A DNA stretch of 32,000 nt from Desulfotalea psychrophila LSv54 (GCF_000025945.1 NC_006138.1:1050001-1082000), one strand, 5' to 3'; shown: positions 17,870 to 28,114, counted from the stretch's first letter. Notes: generated from the sequence alone by a model not told the origin. Translations and numbers: made by a program.

Positions 17870-18280
17870 ATGGAACTTTCTGGGATCTTTGTGGCTGTCG
17901 GAGTGGTACTGCTTGTTGTTGTCTGTTGGTTTGGCTTTTATTATTTGGCCAATTCGCCCATGCTCAGCCCTGAGGCAACGGCCAAGGTTGTGGGGAATTG
18001 TGGCGATACCATGGAGATGAGCCTGCGCATCAGAGATGACCGGGTTGAAAAAACTCGTTATTCATCCGATGGTTGCTCCATTAGTCAGCAGTGTATTGAG
18101 GCAGCGGCGATGCTTGCTCAGGGGAAGACTATAGAAGAGGTGCGAAAAATTAACATGATGCATGTGATTGATATTGTAGGAGATCTACCCGATAGTCATC
18201 TGCACTGTGCTCAATTGGCTGAAACCACCCTGCAGCATGCCATAGGCGATTATGTGCAGAAGCAGAGAAGGATGTCCTGA
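17870..18280 (+). CDS. IscU/NifU N-terminal-like protein with an N-terminal membrane anchor
   Basis: TM helix IFVAVGVVLLVVVCWFGFYYL, then NCGDTMEMSLRI...SSDGCSISQQC...LAQGKTIEEV...HLHCAQLAETTLQHAIGDY, matching the IscU CGD/GC/HC pattern. Confidence 0.82.
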   Translation: MELSGIFVAVGVVLLVVVCWFGFYYLANSPMLSPEATAKVVGNCGDTMEMSLRIRDDRVEKTRYSSDGCSISQQCIEAAAMLAQGKTIEEVRKINMMHVIDIVGDLPDSHLHCAQLAETTLQHAIGDYVQKQRRMS

Positions 18281-18365
18281 CACAACTGTTAAGGGTCTGG
18301 TTAGATCCTGTTGACTAAATGCCTCTCTTGATCAGATCAAGGGAGGCATTGTGGTAAGAGGCCTT

Positions 18366-20507
18366 TTAATTACTGCTGGCAATGGGTGGGTTGAAAATTA
18401 TGTTTTTACTGCTTCTCTCCTGCTGGCCCAGGAGGTAGAGGCCACCATAGATAGAGCAGAGGACAAGAAGCGAGACCGCTATATATACGATACTATGGCC
18501 CTCGGTAATCTGATAGAAGAGGGTTGCCACCGACCATGCCAGCATGGTTGAATAGGTGGCCATAACTCCTGCATAAAATCCACCCATCTCCTGTTTGGCA
18601 GCACCTATAACGGCAAGACAGGGAAAATACATAAGGACAAAGAGTAGGTAGGCAAATGCAGAATAAACGGTAAAGCGGGCTGCTATGTTGTTGTAGACAC
18701 TCACATTAGCACCAATCTCCTCGGAGATGGTCTCGTTATCCTCTGAGATAAGACCAATACCCAGTATATCAAAGGAGCTGATAATTCCAGTAAAACCATC
18801 GCTGATGGAGGTGAATGCCTCGCCTACGGTTGCGCCTATCTGTAGACTTCCTTCGGTATCTTCGCTCATTGGATTGACAGCTTGAGTATTTGTCTCATCC
18901 ATGGTGGCGTAGAGGGAGTTGATGGTGCCGACAATGGCCTCCTTGGCAAAGAGACCGGTGAAGAGGGCCACCGATGCCGGCCAATTTTCTTTTGTGATTC
19001 CCATGGGAACGAAAATGGGTGAGATTGCTCTACCGCTGTGGGCCAGTACAGAGTGTTGTGAGTCTTCGTTACCAAAGGAGATCTGGCCATTTTTGATGCC
19101 GATGGAGTTGAGTATGCTGAGGAAAAAAACAGCCAGAACGACAATTTTGCCTGCCCTTCTGATAAAGTTCATCATTCTCAGCCAGGCACTCTTCAGCACA
19201 GACCCTGGGCGAGGGGTATGGTAGAGGGGAAGGTCTATAACAAAATGGGACGTTGCCCCCTTGAACAGGGTGTTTTTGAGAAAGTAGCCAGTGACCACAG
19301 CCATGATCAGTCCGGAAATATAGATCATAAATACGGCAAACCCTGAGTAGGCTCCGAAGAGAGCAGCACAGAAGAGGGCGTAGACAGGCAGACGGGCACC
19401 ACACGACATAAATGGGGCCATGAAGATTGTCATAAACCGATCTTTCTTATTGGTTAGGGTTCTCGTTGCCATAATAGCCGGTACGGTGCAACCAAAGCCC
19501 ACGACCATGGGAATAAAGGCGGAGCCTGGCAGTCCTATTTTTCTCATAAAACGATCTGCCATTACCCCGACCCGGGCCATATAGCCAAGGTCTTCCAGGA
19601 TGGCGAGGGCAAGGAACATAAAGAAGACAACGGGAATAAAGGTGGCGACGGTCTGAAAGCCAGCTCCAAGCCCTGTTGCCAGGATGACGGTGACCCACTC
19701 CGGACTACCAATTGCTGAGAGTAATTTATTGGGAATATCAATAAAGAGCAGTCCGCCTATGATATCAAAGAAATCAATGAATACGGACCCCAGCCCAATG
19801 GCAAACCAAAAGGTGATAAACATTGATATTAAAAATACAGGAACAGCCGCAAAGCGATTCATGACAATATTATCGACCCGGTTGGTGAGATTTTCATTTC
19901 GATCTTTTTTTTCTCTGACTATGCGACCATAAATTTTATCGATAAAGTTATATTTTTCAACTGTAGAGAAGATATCTTGCCGGGAGGCATGAGAATGATG
20001 GCTTGGTAATTCGTTTGCATATTTTTCAATTTGTTTCAGGGCATTTGCTACAGAGGTCTTATCAATACCTATGACAGGAATAACAGGAAGACCAATATCT
20101 TTACTCAGCTGGTCTATATCTATCTGTAGCCCTTCGCTTTCCGCCATATCAAGCATATTTAAGAGGATGATAATCTGGTTTGTTCTCTCCTTGAGATCCA
20201 TGGTAAGGTAGAGGTTGCGGGAAAGGTTTGTTGCATCCACCACATTGAGAATTATGTCATACTCTGCCTCACGAATTACCCGTTCAGCAACTTTTTGATC
20301 CTCCGAGTCTGGGGTTAAATTGTAGGTTCCTGGAAGATCAATTAACTCTATCGTGCTTCCCTGCAGGGGAAATGTGCCCTCTTTCTTTTCTACGGTCACG
20401 CCTGGCCAGTTGCCAACTTTTTGTCGAGAGCCGGTAAGGCGATTAAAGATGGTAGTTTTACCACAGTTGGGGACCCCGGCAATTGCAATTCGTTCAATCT
20501 TGTGCAT
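18366..20507 (-). CDS. feoB: ferrous iron transport protein B
   Basis: 713 aa, GVPNCGKTTIFNRLTG, GNWPGVTVEKKEG, DLPGTYNL, Gate motifs and TM domain. Confidence 0.97.
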   Translation of the reverse strand: MHKIERIAIAGVPNCGKTTIFNRLTGSRQKVGNWPGVTVEKKEGTFPLQGSTIELIDLPGTYNLTPDSEDQKVAERVIREAEYDIILNVVDATNLSRNLYLTMDLKERTNQIIILLNMLDMAESEGLQIDIDQLSKDIGLPVIPVIGIDKTSVANALKQIEKYANELPSHHSHASRQDIFSTVEKYNFIDKIYGRIVREKKDRNENLTNRVDNIVMNRFAAVPVFLISMFITFWFAIGLGSVFIDFFDIIGGLLFIDIPNKLLSAIGSPEWVTVILATGLGAGFQTVATFIPVVFFMFLALAILEDLGYMARVGVMADRFMRKIGLPGSAFIPMVVGFGCTVPAIMATRTLTNKKDRFMTIFMAPFMSCGARLPVYALFCAALFGAYSGFAVFMIYISGLIMAVVTGYFLKNTLFKGATSHFVIDLPLYHTPRPGSVLKSAWLRMMNFIRRAGKIVVLAVFFLSILNSIGIKNGQISFGNEDSQHSVLAHSGRAISPIFVPMGITKENWPASVALFTGLFAKEAIVGTINSLYATMDETNTQAVNPMSEDTEGSLQIGATVGEAFTSISDGFTGIISSFDILGIGLISEDNETISEEIGANVSVYNNIAARFTVYSAFAYLLFVLMYFPCLAVIGAAKQEMGGFYAGVMATYSTMLAWSVATLFYQITEGHSIVYIAVSLLVLCSIYGGLYLLGQQERSSKNIIFNPPIASSN

Positions 20508-20511
20508 CTTG

Positions 20512-20787
20512 TCACTCCGTTACTAAAATTTGTTGGGCCTCATTTTTCCTTAGAGCAACACGACTTCCACGTATTTGGATAACGATGGGATCTGAAATAT
20601 TGACTGAGGCAAGTTCTATTGGTGTGCCTTCAATAAAGCCCATTTTGTAGAGCTTGGCGGCGTAGTCTGATGTACTTTGGGCAAAGTCGGTTTCCTGGCA
20701 AGTGTAGTCTGATAGGCTTTGGTTAAAACCAGGCACCTTGTAGGTTTTTCCTCTTTTAATATTGGTCAGTTTTATACTAATAGGCAT
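20512..20787 (-). CDS. feoA: ferrous iron transport protein A
   Basis: 91 aa SH3-like FeoA with LYKMGFIEGTPIEL...PIVIQIRGSRVALRKNEAQQI; directly upstream of feoB. Confidence 0.9.
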   Translation of the reverse strand: MPISIKLTNIKRGKTYKVPGFNQSLSDYTCQETDFAQSTSDYAAKLYKMGFIEGTPIELASVNISDPIVIQIRGSRVALRKNEAQQILVTE

Positions 20788-21086
20788 GGCAGATCCTCTG
20801 GTTAAATTGTGAACTCAATGTTATGCCAATCGAGATGTTAGACTGGCCTTACAGCTGTGGAGCAGTATAGCGGGGATGAGATGCTTCGTCAACTTAAAAG
20901 TAAGGCCTGCCATAATAGTGCGGATAGTCTAAGTGTCTTGCTGCGAAATTAGGCTTGCTGGAATAAGAAAAAAGCGAATTGGCAGTGGATCTATCTGGTG
21001 GCGTAATGTGGATTTTGTAATGCTATGGGTGGGATAGGGGCGTCAGAGGAATGAGTGTATTTGTTGAGATAGTGTATTAAAATTAA

Positions 21087-21120
21087 AGGCCCTCCTTAGA
21101 AAAATTTCTGAGGAGGGCCT
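21087..21120. terminator. strong bidirectional-type terminator, likely ending the minus-strand small-ORF transcript
   Basis: AGGCCCTCCTTAGAAA/TTTCTGAGGAGGGCCT, 16-position arms with one G-U. TTTT on +, TTTAATTTTAAT on -. Confidence 0.9.
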
Positions 21121-21168
21121 TTTGTGCTCTATGGCATTGCCGATCAAGAGTGCTTCTGACTTCTCTTA

Positions 21169-21285
21169 TCACGAGCTCAGCACGGCTAATGCTTCTGGAC
21201 CTCCACATGTCGCACACCCAACCGTCCAACCTGTAAAGAGAACTTCAGATAAGGAGTTTGTATTTTTAGCGCTTAATTTTTTCAT
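21169..21285 (-). CDS. 38-aa small protein, paralogue B
   Basis: Translated by hand: MKKLSAKNTNSLSEVLFTGWTVGCATCGGPEALAVLSS, then TGA TAA. 17/38 identical to the adjacent 38-aa ORF. Confidence 0.6.
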   Translation of the reverse strand: MKKLSAKNTNSLSEVLFTGWTVGCATCGGPEALAVLSS

Positions 21286-21345
21286 AGTGCCGCTCTTTGA
21301 ACTGTCTAAATTTTATACCTATTTCAGGGAGAAAAATTGCCAAAA

Positions 21346-21362
21346 CCAAACAGTCTGTTTGG
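21346..21362. repeat. perfect inverted repeat between the two 38-aa ORFs
   Basis: CCAAACAG-T-CTGTTTGG; on the minus strand followed by TTTTGG. Confidence 0.8.
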
Positions 21363-21387
21363 CTTTTTGCTGTCTCATCGTCTTTTT

Positions 21388-21504
21388 TTATGGGAAAAGA
21401 AGGGTGAGCCCCATGGGGGTTCCAAACATTACCAGGCCGGTGGCTAAACCAATAAAGAGAACACTGGACAGAGAGTATATTTTTTTAGCGATTAATGATT
21501 TCAT
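21388..21504 (-). CDS. 38-aa small membrane-like protein, paralogue A
   Basis: Translated by hand: MKSLIAKKIYSLSSVLFIGLATGLVMFGTPMGLTLLFP, then TAA. Confidence 0.6.
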   Translation of the reverse strand: MKSLIAKKIYSLSSVLFIGLATGLVMFGTPMGLTLLFP

Positions 21505-21771
21505 GGCACTACCATTTTAACTTTTAAGTGTGTGACAGACAGGTTTTTGAACTGCTGTGTATAATAATTTCTGTGGAACGATTCCTGTATACATCTTTGT
21601 CTTTTGAAAAGAAATTTCGAAATACCATACTTGTTGTTCGGTTTTGCTAAACACTTCTTGTCCGGCCACTTTTTGCCGATTGGCAAGCGCCGATGGAGTG
21701 CTTTAATGTCTGCATATTCGGTGGGATAATTTTTTTATTGTCGGGCGCTATTCATAGCCCTGGGGTTTTCG

Positions 21772-22056
21772 TTGATTTATAAAAGGGCAATATTTTTTTG
21801 TTCAGCCCTTGCATTCGTGTTTTTCTTTTCTCATTACCCACAAAAAGTAGCTGACCAGCCCTTATTGCAATCAGGATCTGTCTACAGAGTGTTTAGGGTG
21901 GGTGGCGCCCTTTTTATTCTGCTGTGCCCTGCTCTTTTTTACAGGAAACTTATGGGGCTAGGGTGGAGATTGTTTAGCAATGAACTTGTTATGATTATAA
22001 AAAAAACAAAAAAAGGAATAAAAAATTTGATTTGGATTTTCTTTTCAGTACAATAA
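21772..22056 (+). CDS. hypothetical small membrane protein (TTG start, boundaries uncertain)
   Basis: ORF with hydrophobic segments RAIFFCSALAFVFFFSHY and VGGALFILLCPALFY; no family recognised. Confidence 0.3.
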   Translation: MIYKRAIFFCSALAFVFFFSHYPQKVADQPLLQSGSVYRVFRVGGALFILLCPALFYRKLMGLGWRLFSNELVMIIKKTKKGIKNLIWIFFSVQ

Positions 22057-22245
22057 ATATTGTAGGGTCTGTTGGGGAAAAATAGGTTTTTCCTGATCTG
22101 GCTTTTTACGGTGGTAAGCCTTACTGCTTACTTTGTTTCGCACTTGGGGTACAGACGTTGTCAGATATGTGTAGATATAGAATCATCGCTATGACAAGTA
22201 CTACCTGGGGTTGGAACTATGAAACTTCATTAGAGGAGATTTGTC

Positions 22246-22446
22246 ATGGCTGAAGGAACAGTTAAATGGTTTAACGACGCGAAAGGTTTTGGTTTTATCG
22301 AGCAAGAAGGTGGCGATGATCTCTTCGTACACTACAGTAGCATCAGTGGAGAAGGTTTCAAAACCCTTCAAGAGGGTACCCGCGTGTCTTTCGATATCGA
22401 GCAAGGCCCTAAGGGCCCGGCAGCAGCCAACGTTGTTGTTCTTTAA
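22246..22446 (+). CDS. cspA: cold-shock domain protein
   Basis: [36 protein letters not shown]1/RNP2 motifs, preceded by GGAGA-like Shine-Dalgarno. Confidence 0.96.
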   Translation: MAEGTVKWFNDAKGFGFIEQEGGDDLFVHYSSISGEGFKTLQEGTRVSFDIEQGPKGPAAANVVVL

Positions 22447-22473
22447 TAGATTGGTATTGCTTTACTTGATAAG

Positions 22474-22502
22474 AGCCTTCCCGGTAGTGTGGGAGGCTTT
22501 TT
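22474..22502 (+). terminator. rho-independent terminator of the cold-shock gene
   Basis: AGCCTTCCC-ggtagtgt-GGGAGGCT followed by TTTTT. Confidence 0.85.
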
Positions 22503-22680
22503 GCCTCTGGTGTACCCGGCTGGTTCTTGTCTGCGTTCAGCTACGCGATCCATTGCTCGCCGACAAAGCCTACCTGTTTCAAGCCCATCCCATTCTGTTA
22601 GTCTAGCCCCTTACTCTTCTTTGCAACCTCTTGCAAAGGTTTGAAATTTCATCTTCTTATTCATTAATACAGCTAATCTC

Positions 22681-23505
22681 TTAGTTATACTCCAAGACCT
22701 TGGACACGCCAATTTCGCCAATATTGGAATAGTGGGAGAGGATGATCTTGTACTGCAGGGATGTGCAGTGGCAGGGATGCATCTGAGCAATTTTGGCCCG
22801 TTGAAAATAATCTCGTGTTCCCTGGTCCTGTCTTTCATCTGGCTGTAGGAGGTGAAAGCCACCAATGATATCCACTATTCTCTCCTCACCACAGATCTTT
22901 TTGCCATATTCAATAATATTACATATACCTGAATGGGAGCAGCCGGTAATAATAACCAGTCCATCCTTTGACTTATAGACGAGTGCTGAGTCATCCATAA
23001 GGTAGTCATCTGCTCTGTCATCCCCGTGTTTTCCCAGCGGACTTTTGTTTTCAAAATCATTATTTCTTTCAATTTCTCCCAGGAAGACCAGAGATGGAGT
23101 GATCCAAAAGGGGTTCTTCTGCAGGTTGAGCTGGCAGGCAGTTTTTACCGCAGCCATATCAATATCTGCTCCTATTGATTCACCTTCATACTCCTTATGT
23201 TCAAATACAGTTGGATGGGCAATGATTTTAGGTGAGAGGAAGCCTTGCTCTGGTTGGTCCAGGAGATGCTCCAGTAACGGCTGTAGGCCTCTTGTATGGT
23301 CGTTATGGCCGTGGGAGATAACAATATAGTTGATATCAAGGAGATCCTCTCCCATTTTTTGCCCATTTTGGATAAAGGCATCCGAGTAGCCAAGGTCAAA
23401 AAGTATTTTTACTCCTGACTCCTCAATGAGATAGGAAACCGCTGGCTCTGCTAAAAAGTATTTATCAATAAGTGTATTGTTATCCATGAGTACGGTGATT
23501 TTCAA
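22681..23505 (-). CDS. MBL-fold metallohydrolase of the dihydropterin phosphate synthase-like type
   Basis: VISHGHNDHTRGL, ITGCSHSGICNII, IIGGFHL, HCTS: metal-binding motifs of the MJ0301-like MBL subgroup. Confidence 0.85.
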   Translation of the reverse strand: MKITVLMDNNTLIDKYFLAEPAVSYLIEESGVKILFDLGYSDAFIQNGQKMGEDLLDINYIVISHGHNDHTRGLQPLLEHLLDQPEQGFLSPKIIAHPTVFEHKEYEGESIGADIDMAAVKTACQLNLQKNPFWITPSLVFLGEIERNNDFENKSPLGKHGDDRADDYLMDDSALVYKSKDGLVIITGCSHSGICNIIEYGKKICGEERIVDIIGGFHLLQPDERQDQGTRDYFQRAKIAQMHPCHCTSLQYKIILSHYSNIGEIGVSKVLEYN

Positions 23506-23685
23506 AATAGGACTCTCTCTGGTTAGGTTGTTGCAGTGGAAAACAGGGATTCTGGGTAATCAGAATAAAGACGATAAGACTTGTGGGAACAATGAATGCT
23601 ATTATAGTGTTTCTTTAAGTTCAAGAATAAAATCAGATCCTTTGCTCCATATTTAATGTGATAATTTAAATTTTTAGAGGAAATT

Positions 23686-25692
23686 ATGAAAGATTTTTCA
23701 ATTAAACAGAAGTTGGTTTTTGCCTTTGCCGCAACATCTCTTATTTCGATTATTATATTATCTTCTTTTTTAATCTACAACATTAAAAATAATGCCGTAA
23801 ATTCATTTGTCTCTGCGACTAATCGTGAGCTTGAACAGATAGATAATGGGTTTAAATTTTTTATAGAGGGCGTTGCCACAAGTATAAGGGCAATAAGTAG
23901 TAATAATCTTGTGCGTAATCTCGATGTAAGGTTACCAAATTATACAGAAACCACGGTAAAAAAGCAGGTTAATCTTAATGTGCTGGACCCAAGAGCTGTG
24001 GCAATACATGAGCTCTTTAGGCAGTCGGAGCAGGCTGATGGGGCCTATCTTGAGGCTTTTATGGGGACCCAGTATGGTGGCTTTGCCTCTTCTTCGCTCG
24101 GTGTTCCTGCTGCTTTTGATCCCAGGCAGAGGGGGTGGTATCGTGAAGCCCTTGCCAAAAATGAGGTCTGTGTGACGCCAGCATATATGTCTGTTATAAC
24201 TCAAAAAGCTGTTTTTAGTCTGGCTGGGCCGATTAAAAATATGTCTGGGCAAACCGTAGGAGCTGTAGGGATTGATGTCTCCCTCTCTGTTATGACAGAT
24301 CTTATACACCAGATGAAAATAGGAAAAACTGGTTTTGTTGTTCTGCTTCAGGGTGATGGAGTTGTTCTTGCCAATCCTCAACATCCAGAACAGAATTTTA
24401 AAGCGATTCGGGATCTTAATTTGCCCGGTTACAGGGAAATATTTACCATGAGCAACGGCTCTATGGAGCTTGAAGAGAGTGGAGAGACATTTTTGGCAAC
24501 GGTCTATACATCTCCTCAGCTTGGATATAAGTTTGTGGGAATGATTGCTAAATCTGAGGTGATGGCGGAGTCTAAGGGCCTTACAAATATTCTCATTGCT
24601 ATCTCCCTGTTTTTGGTTGGTCTCTTTGTTGTGTTGGGGTTTTTCCTGGCAGGATCAATTATTAAACCAATCTCTTATACCGCAGCTATGTTGAAAGATA
24701 TTGCTCAGGGTGAGGGTGATTTAACCATGCGCCTGCAAATTAAGAACAAGGATGAGATGGGGGAACTTGCCCACTGGTTCAATGCATTTGTGGAGCACCT
24801 GCAAAAAATTATAGGTCAAATTAAAGAGAACAGTGATGGTGTAAATGTCGCGGCAGAAGGTTTGACGGGCATATCAGTAGAACTCACAGGGAGCGCTAAA
24901 GACACCACTCTGCGTTCTAGTAATGTTGCCTCTGCCGCTGAAGAGATGAACATTAATCTCAACAATGTGGCGGCAGCCATGGAGCAATCGGCAACTAATA
25001 CAGCCATGGTTGCTTCCGCTGCCGAACAGATGACTGCCACCATTAATGAAATTGCCCAGAATGCAGAAAGCGCCAGGGCTATATCAGATAGTGCCGTTCA
25101 ACAGTCAACTCAGGCCTCCACCAGAATGGAGGAGCTTAACGCTTCAGCCGTTGCTATTGGTAAGGTAACAGAAACTATCACCGAGATTTCTGAACAGACG
25201 AATCTTCTTGCCCTGAATGCAACTATTGAGGCTGCCCGAGCGGGTGAAGCGGGCAAGGGCTTTGCCGTGGTTGCCAATGAGATTAAGGAGTTGGCCAAGC
25301 AAACTGCCGCTGCAACCCTCAATATCAAGCTACAGATTGAGGATGTGCAGAACACGACCTCGGTCACGGCAGTGGAGATTGGTGATGTCTCCAGGGTCAT
25401 CGAGAAGGTCAATGAAACTGTTGGTGCTATTGCCACGGCTGTGGAAGAGCAGTCGGCGGCAACCAGAGAAATTGCCGATAATATCTTCCAGGCATCTGAA
25501 GGTATTGAGGCTGTTAATGTGAATGTGAGTCAAAGCTCTGCTGGTTCAGGTGAGATTACAGAAAATATCACCCTGGTGAATAGCGATGCAGAGGGTATTG
25601 CCGGGCTGAGTGTCAACGTTGCCGGTAGTGCTCAACAACTCGAAGAGATGGCCCATGAGTTAAATGAAATTGTTGGCAAATTTAAAATATAA
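23686..25692 (+). CDS. methyl-accepting chemotaxis protein, dCache-type sensor (copy 1)
   Basis: N-terminal [15 protein letters not shown]...[14 protein letters not shown], signalling hairpin [37 protein letters not shown]. Confidence 0.96.
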   Translation: MKDFSIKQKLVFAFAATSLISIIILSSFLIYNIKNNAVNSFVSATNRELEQIDNGFKFFIEGVATSIRAISSNNLVRNLDVRLPNYTETTVKKQVNLNVLDPRAVAIHELFRQSEQADGAYLEAFMGTQYGGFASSSLGVPAAFDPRQRGWYREALAKNEVCVTPAYMSVITQKAVFSLAGPIKNMSGQTVGAVGIDVSLSVMTDLIHQMKIGKTGFVVLLQGDGVVLANPQHPEQNFKAIRDLNLPGYREIFTMSNGSMELEESGETFLATVYTSPQLGYKFVGMIAKSEVMAESKGLTNILIAISLFLVGLFVVLGFFLAGSIIKPISYTAAMLKDIAQGEGDLTMRLQIKNKDEMGELAHWFNAFVEHLQKIIGQIKENSDGVNVAAEGLTGISVELTGSAKDTTLRSSNVASAAEEMNINLNNVAAAMEQSATNTAMVASAAEQMTATINEIAQNAESARAISDSAVQQSTQASTRMEELNASAVAIGKVTETITEISEQTNLLALNATIEAARAGEAGKGFAVVANEIKELAKQTAAATLNIKLQIEDVQNTTSVTAVEIGDVSRVIEKVNETVGAIATAVEEQSAATREIADNIFQASEGIEAVNVNVSQSSAGSGEITENITLVNSDAEGIAGLSVNVAGSAQQLEEMAHELNEIVGKFKI

Positions 25693-26037
25693 GAGAAGAA
25701 AAAAATCCTTGGAGGTAGTGCCTGTAGCGTCTTTGCTATAGGTGCTTGCCAACTCTGTTAAAAAAAGAGTAAGCTGTTGTTCATTATTTGTCGTCAAACT
25801 TTTTTTAACCTCTTTCCATGGGTAAAGGTAAGTCTTGGCAGATAGTTTATGAAAAATATATTTGAGTTGGTGGTTAGGCTTTTGCGGTTAGGAAAAAAAG
25901 ACTCATTATGGAGGATAATAGGGTCGATTAAATAAGTGGGCGAATGAATGTTATTGTGGTAATGCGTTCGATTCAAGAAGAAAATCAGGTCGTTTGCTCC
26001 ATGTTTAATGTGATAATTTAAATTTTTAGAGGAAATT

Positions 26038-28059
26038 ATGAAAGATTTTTCGATCAAACAAAAGCTGGTTTTTGCTTTTGCTGCAACATCCCTTATTCCG
26101 ATTCTTATATTATCGTCTTTTTTGGTCTACAATATTAAAAAGAATGCCGTAAATTCATTTGTTTCTGCGACTAATCGTGAGCTCCAACAGATAGACAATG
26201 GCTTTAATTTTTTTATAGATGGCGTTGGCACAAGTTTAAAGGCTGTACGTACTAATCATCTTGTTCGTAATCTTGATGAAATCCTGCCCAATTACACTCA
26301 GACTACAATAAAAAAGCAGATTAATCTCAATGCCCTTGGCCAGACAGCTGTTGAAACGCATGCGCTTTTTGAGCAATTAGAGCAGGCCAATAGCACCTAC
26401 CTTGAGGTCTATATGGGCACTCAATATGGTGGTTACGCCTCTTCATCGCTTAATGCTATGCCTGCAGGTTTTGATCCCAGACAGAGGGGGTGGTATCGTG
26501 ATGCCATTGCTAAAAATGAGGTTTTTGTTACGCCTGCATATATGACTATCTCCACCCAAGAGGCCGTTTTTAGTCTGGTGGGGCCGATTCAGGATATGTC
26601 GGGTCAAACTGTTGGTGTTGCCGGTATTGATGTTTCTCTCTCTGCCATGACTGATCTGATTAATAAGATGAAAATAGGAAAAACTGGTTTTGTTGTTCTG
26701 GTTCAGGGCGATGGTGTTGTTCTTGCCAATCCTCAACATCCAGATCAAAATTTTAAAGAGATTCGGGATCTTAATTTGCCCGCATACCGGGAACTTTCCA
26801 CCATGAGCAGTGGCTCTATGGAGCTTGAAGAGAGTGGAGAGACATTTCTGGCAACGGTCTATACATCTCCTCAGCTTGGATATAAGTTTGTGGGAATGAT
26901 TGCTAAGTCTGAGGTGATGGAGGAGGCTAAGGGCCTTACAAATATTCTCATTGCTATCTCCCTGTTTCTGATTGGTCTCTTTGTTGTGTTGGGGTTTTTC
27001 CTGGCAGGATCAATTATTAAACCAATCTCTTATACCGCAGCTATGTTGAAAGATATTGCTCAGGGTGAGGGTGATTTAACCATGCGCCTGCAAATTAAGA
27101 ACAAGGATGAGATGGGGGAACTTGCCCACTGGTTCAATGCATTTGTGGAGCACCTGCAAAAAATTATAGGTCAAATTATAGGTCAAATTAAAGAGAACAG
27201 TGATGGTGTAAATGTCGCGGCAGAAGGTTTGACGGGCATATCAGTAGAACTCACAGGGAGCGCTAAAGACACCACTCTGCGTTCTAGTAATGTTGCCTCT
27301 GCCGCTGAAGAGATGAACATTAATCTCAACAATGTGGCGGCAGCCATGGAGCAATCGGCAACTAATACAGCCATGGTTGCTTCCGCTGCCGAGGAGATGA
27401 CTGCCACCATTAATGAAATTGCCCAGAATGCAGAAAGCGCCAGGGCTATATCAGATAGTGCCGTTCAACAGTCAACTCAGGCCTCCACCAGAATGGAGGA
27501 GCTTAACGCTTCAGCCGTTGCTATTGGTAAGGTAACAGAAACTATCACCGAGATTTCTGAACAGACGAATCTTCTTGCCCTGAATGCAACTATTGAGGCT
27601 GCCCGGGCGGGTGAAGCGGGCAAGGGCTTTGCCGTGGTTGCCAATGAGATTAAGGAGTTGGCCAAGCAAACTGCCGCTGCAACCCTCAATATCAAGCTAC
27701 AGATTGAGGATGTGCAGAACACGACCTCGGTCACGGCTGTTGAGATCGGAGATGTTTCTAAGGTTATTGAGGAGGTGAATGAAATTGTCGGTGCTATTGC
27801 CACGGCTGTGGAAGAACAGTCGGCGGCAACCAGAGAAATTGCCGATAATATTTTCCAGGCATCTGAAGGTATTGAGGATGTTAATTTGAATGTGAGTCAG
27901 AGTAGTGCTGTCTCAGGTGAGATTACAGAAAATATCACCCTGGTGAATAACGATGCAGAGGGTATTTCCGGGCTGAGTGTCAACATTGCCGGTAGTGCTC
28001 AACAACTCGAAAATATGGCCCACGGGTTGAATCAAATTGTTGGTAAGTTTAAAATCTAA
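26038..28059 (+). CDS. methyl-accepting chemotaxis protein, dCache-type sensor (copy 2)
   Basis: Same architecture as copy 1; near-identical cytoplasmic half at DNA level; 4-aa in-frame insertion [11 protein letters not shown]. Confidence 0.96.
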   Translation: MKDFSIKQKLVFAFAATSLIPILILSSFLVYNIKKNAVNSFVSATNRELQQIDNGFNFFIDGVGTSLKAVRTNHLVRNLDEILPNYTQTTIKKQINLNALGQTAVETHALFEQLEQANSTYLEVYMGTQYGGYASSSLNAMPAGFDPRQRGWYRDAIAKNEVFVTPAYMTISTQEAVFSLVGPIQDMSGQTVGVAGIDVSLSAMTDLINKMKIGKTGFVVLVQGDGVVLANPQHPDQNFKEIRDLNLPAYRELSTMSSGSMELEESGETFLATVYTSPQLGYKFVGMIAKSEVMEEAKGLTNILIAISLFLIGLFVVLGFFLAGSIIKPISYTAAMLKDIAQGEGDLTMRLQIKNKDEMGELAHWFNAFVEHLQKIIGQIIGQIKENSDGVNVAAEGLTGISVELTGSAKDTTLRSSNVASAAEEMNINLNNVAAAMEQSATNTAMVASAAEEMTATINEIAQNAESARAISDSAVQQSTQASTRMEELNASAVAIGKVTETITEISEQTNLLALNATIEAARAGEAGKGFAVVANEIKELAKQTAAATLNIKLQIEDVQNTTSVTAVEIGDVSKVIEEVNEIVGAIATAVEEQSAATREIADNIFQASEGIEDVNLNVSQSSAVSGEITENITLVNNDAEGISGLSVNIAGSAQQLENMAHGLNQIVGKFKI

Positions 28060-28078
28060 GAGAAGAACTTCTGAGCTG

Positions 28079-28114
28079 CAGTAACTACTGTCTGTTGTTA
28101 CTGTGGCTTTTTTT
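28079..28114 (+). terminator. rho-independent terminator of MCP copy 2
   Basis: CAGTAAC...GTTACTG stem then a TTTTTTT tract. Confidence 0.8.

Noticed and set aside
18351-18551. Plus-strand ORF overlapping the feoB C-terminus.
   Set aside because: It is antisense to the well-supported feoB 3' end and has no homology-like features.
21122-21520. 132-aa plus-strand ORF with an internally repeated segment (PVKRTSDKEFVFLALNFFIVPLF / PIKRTLDREYIFLAINDFMALPF).
   Set aside because: The internal repeat is explained by the two paralogous minus-strand 38-aa ORFs read from the opposite strand. Those have natural start/stop spacing and a terminator on their strand.
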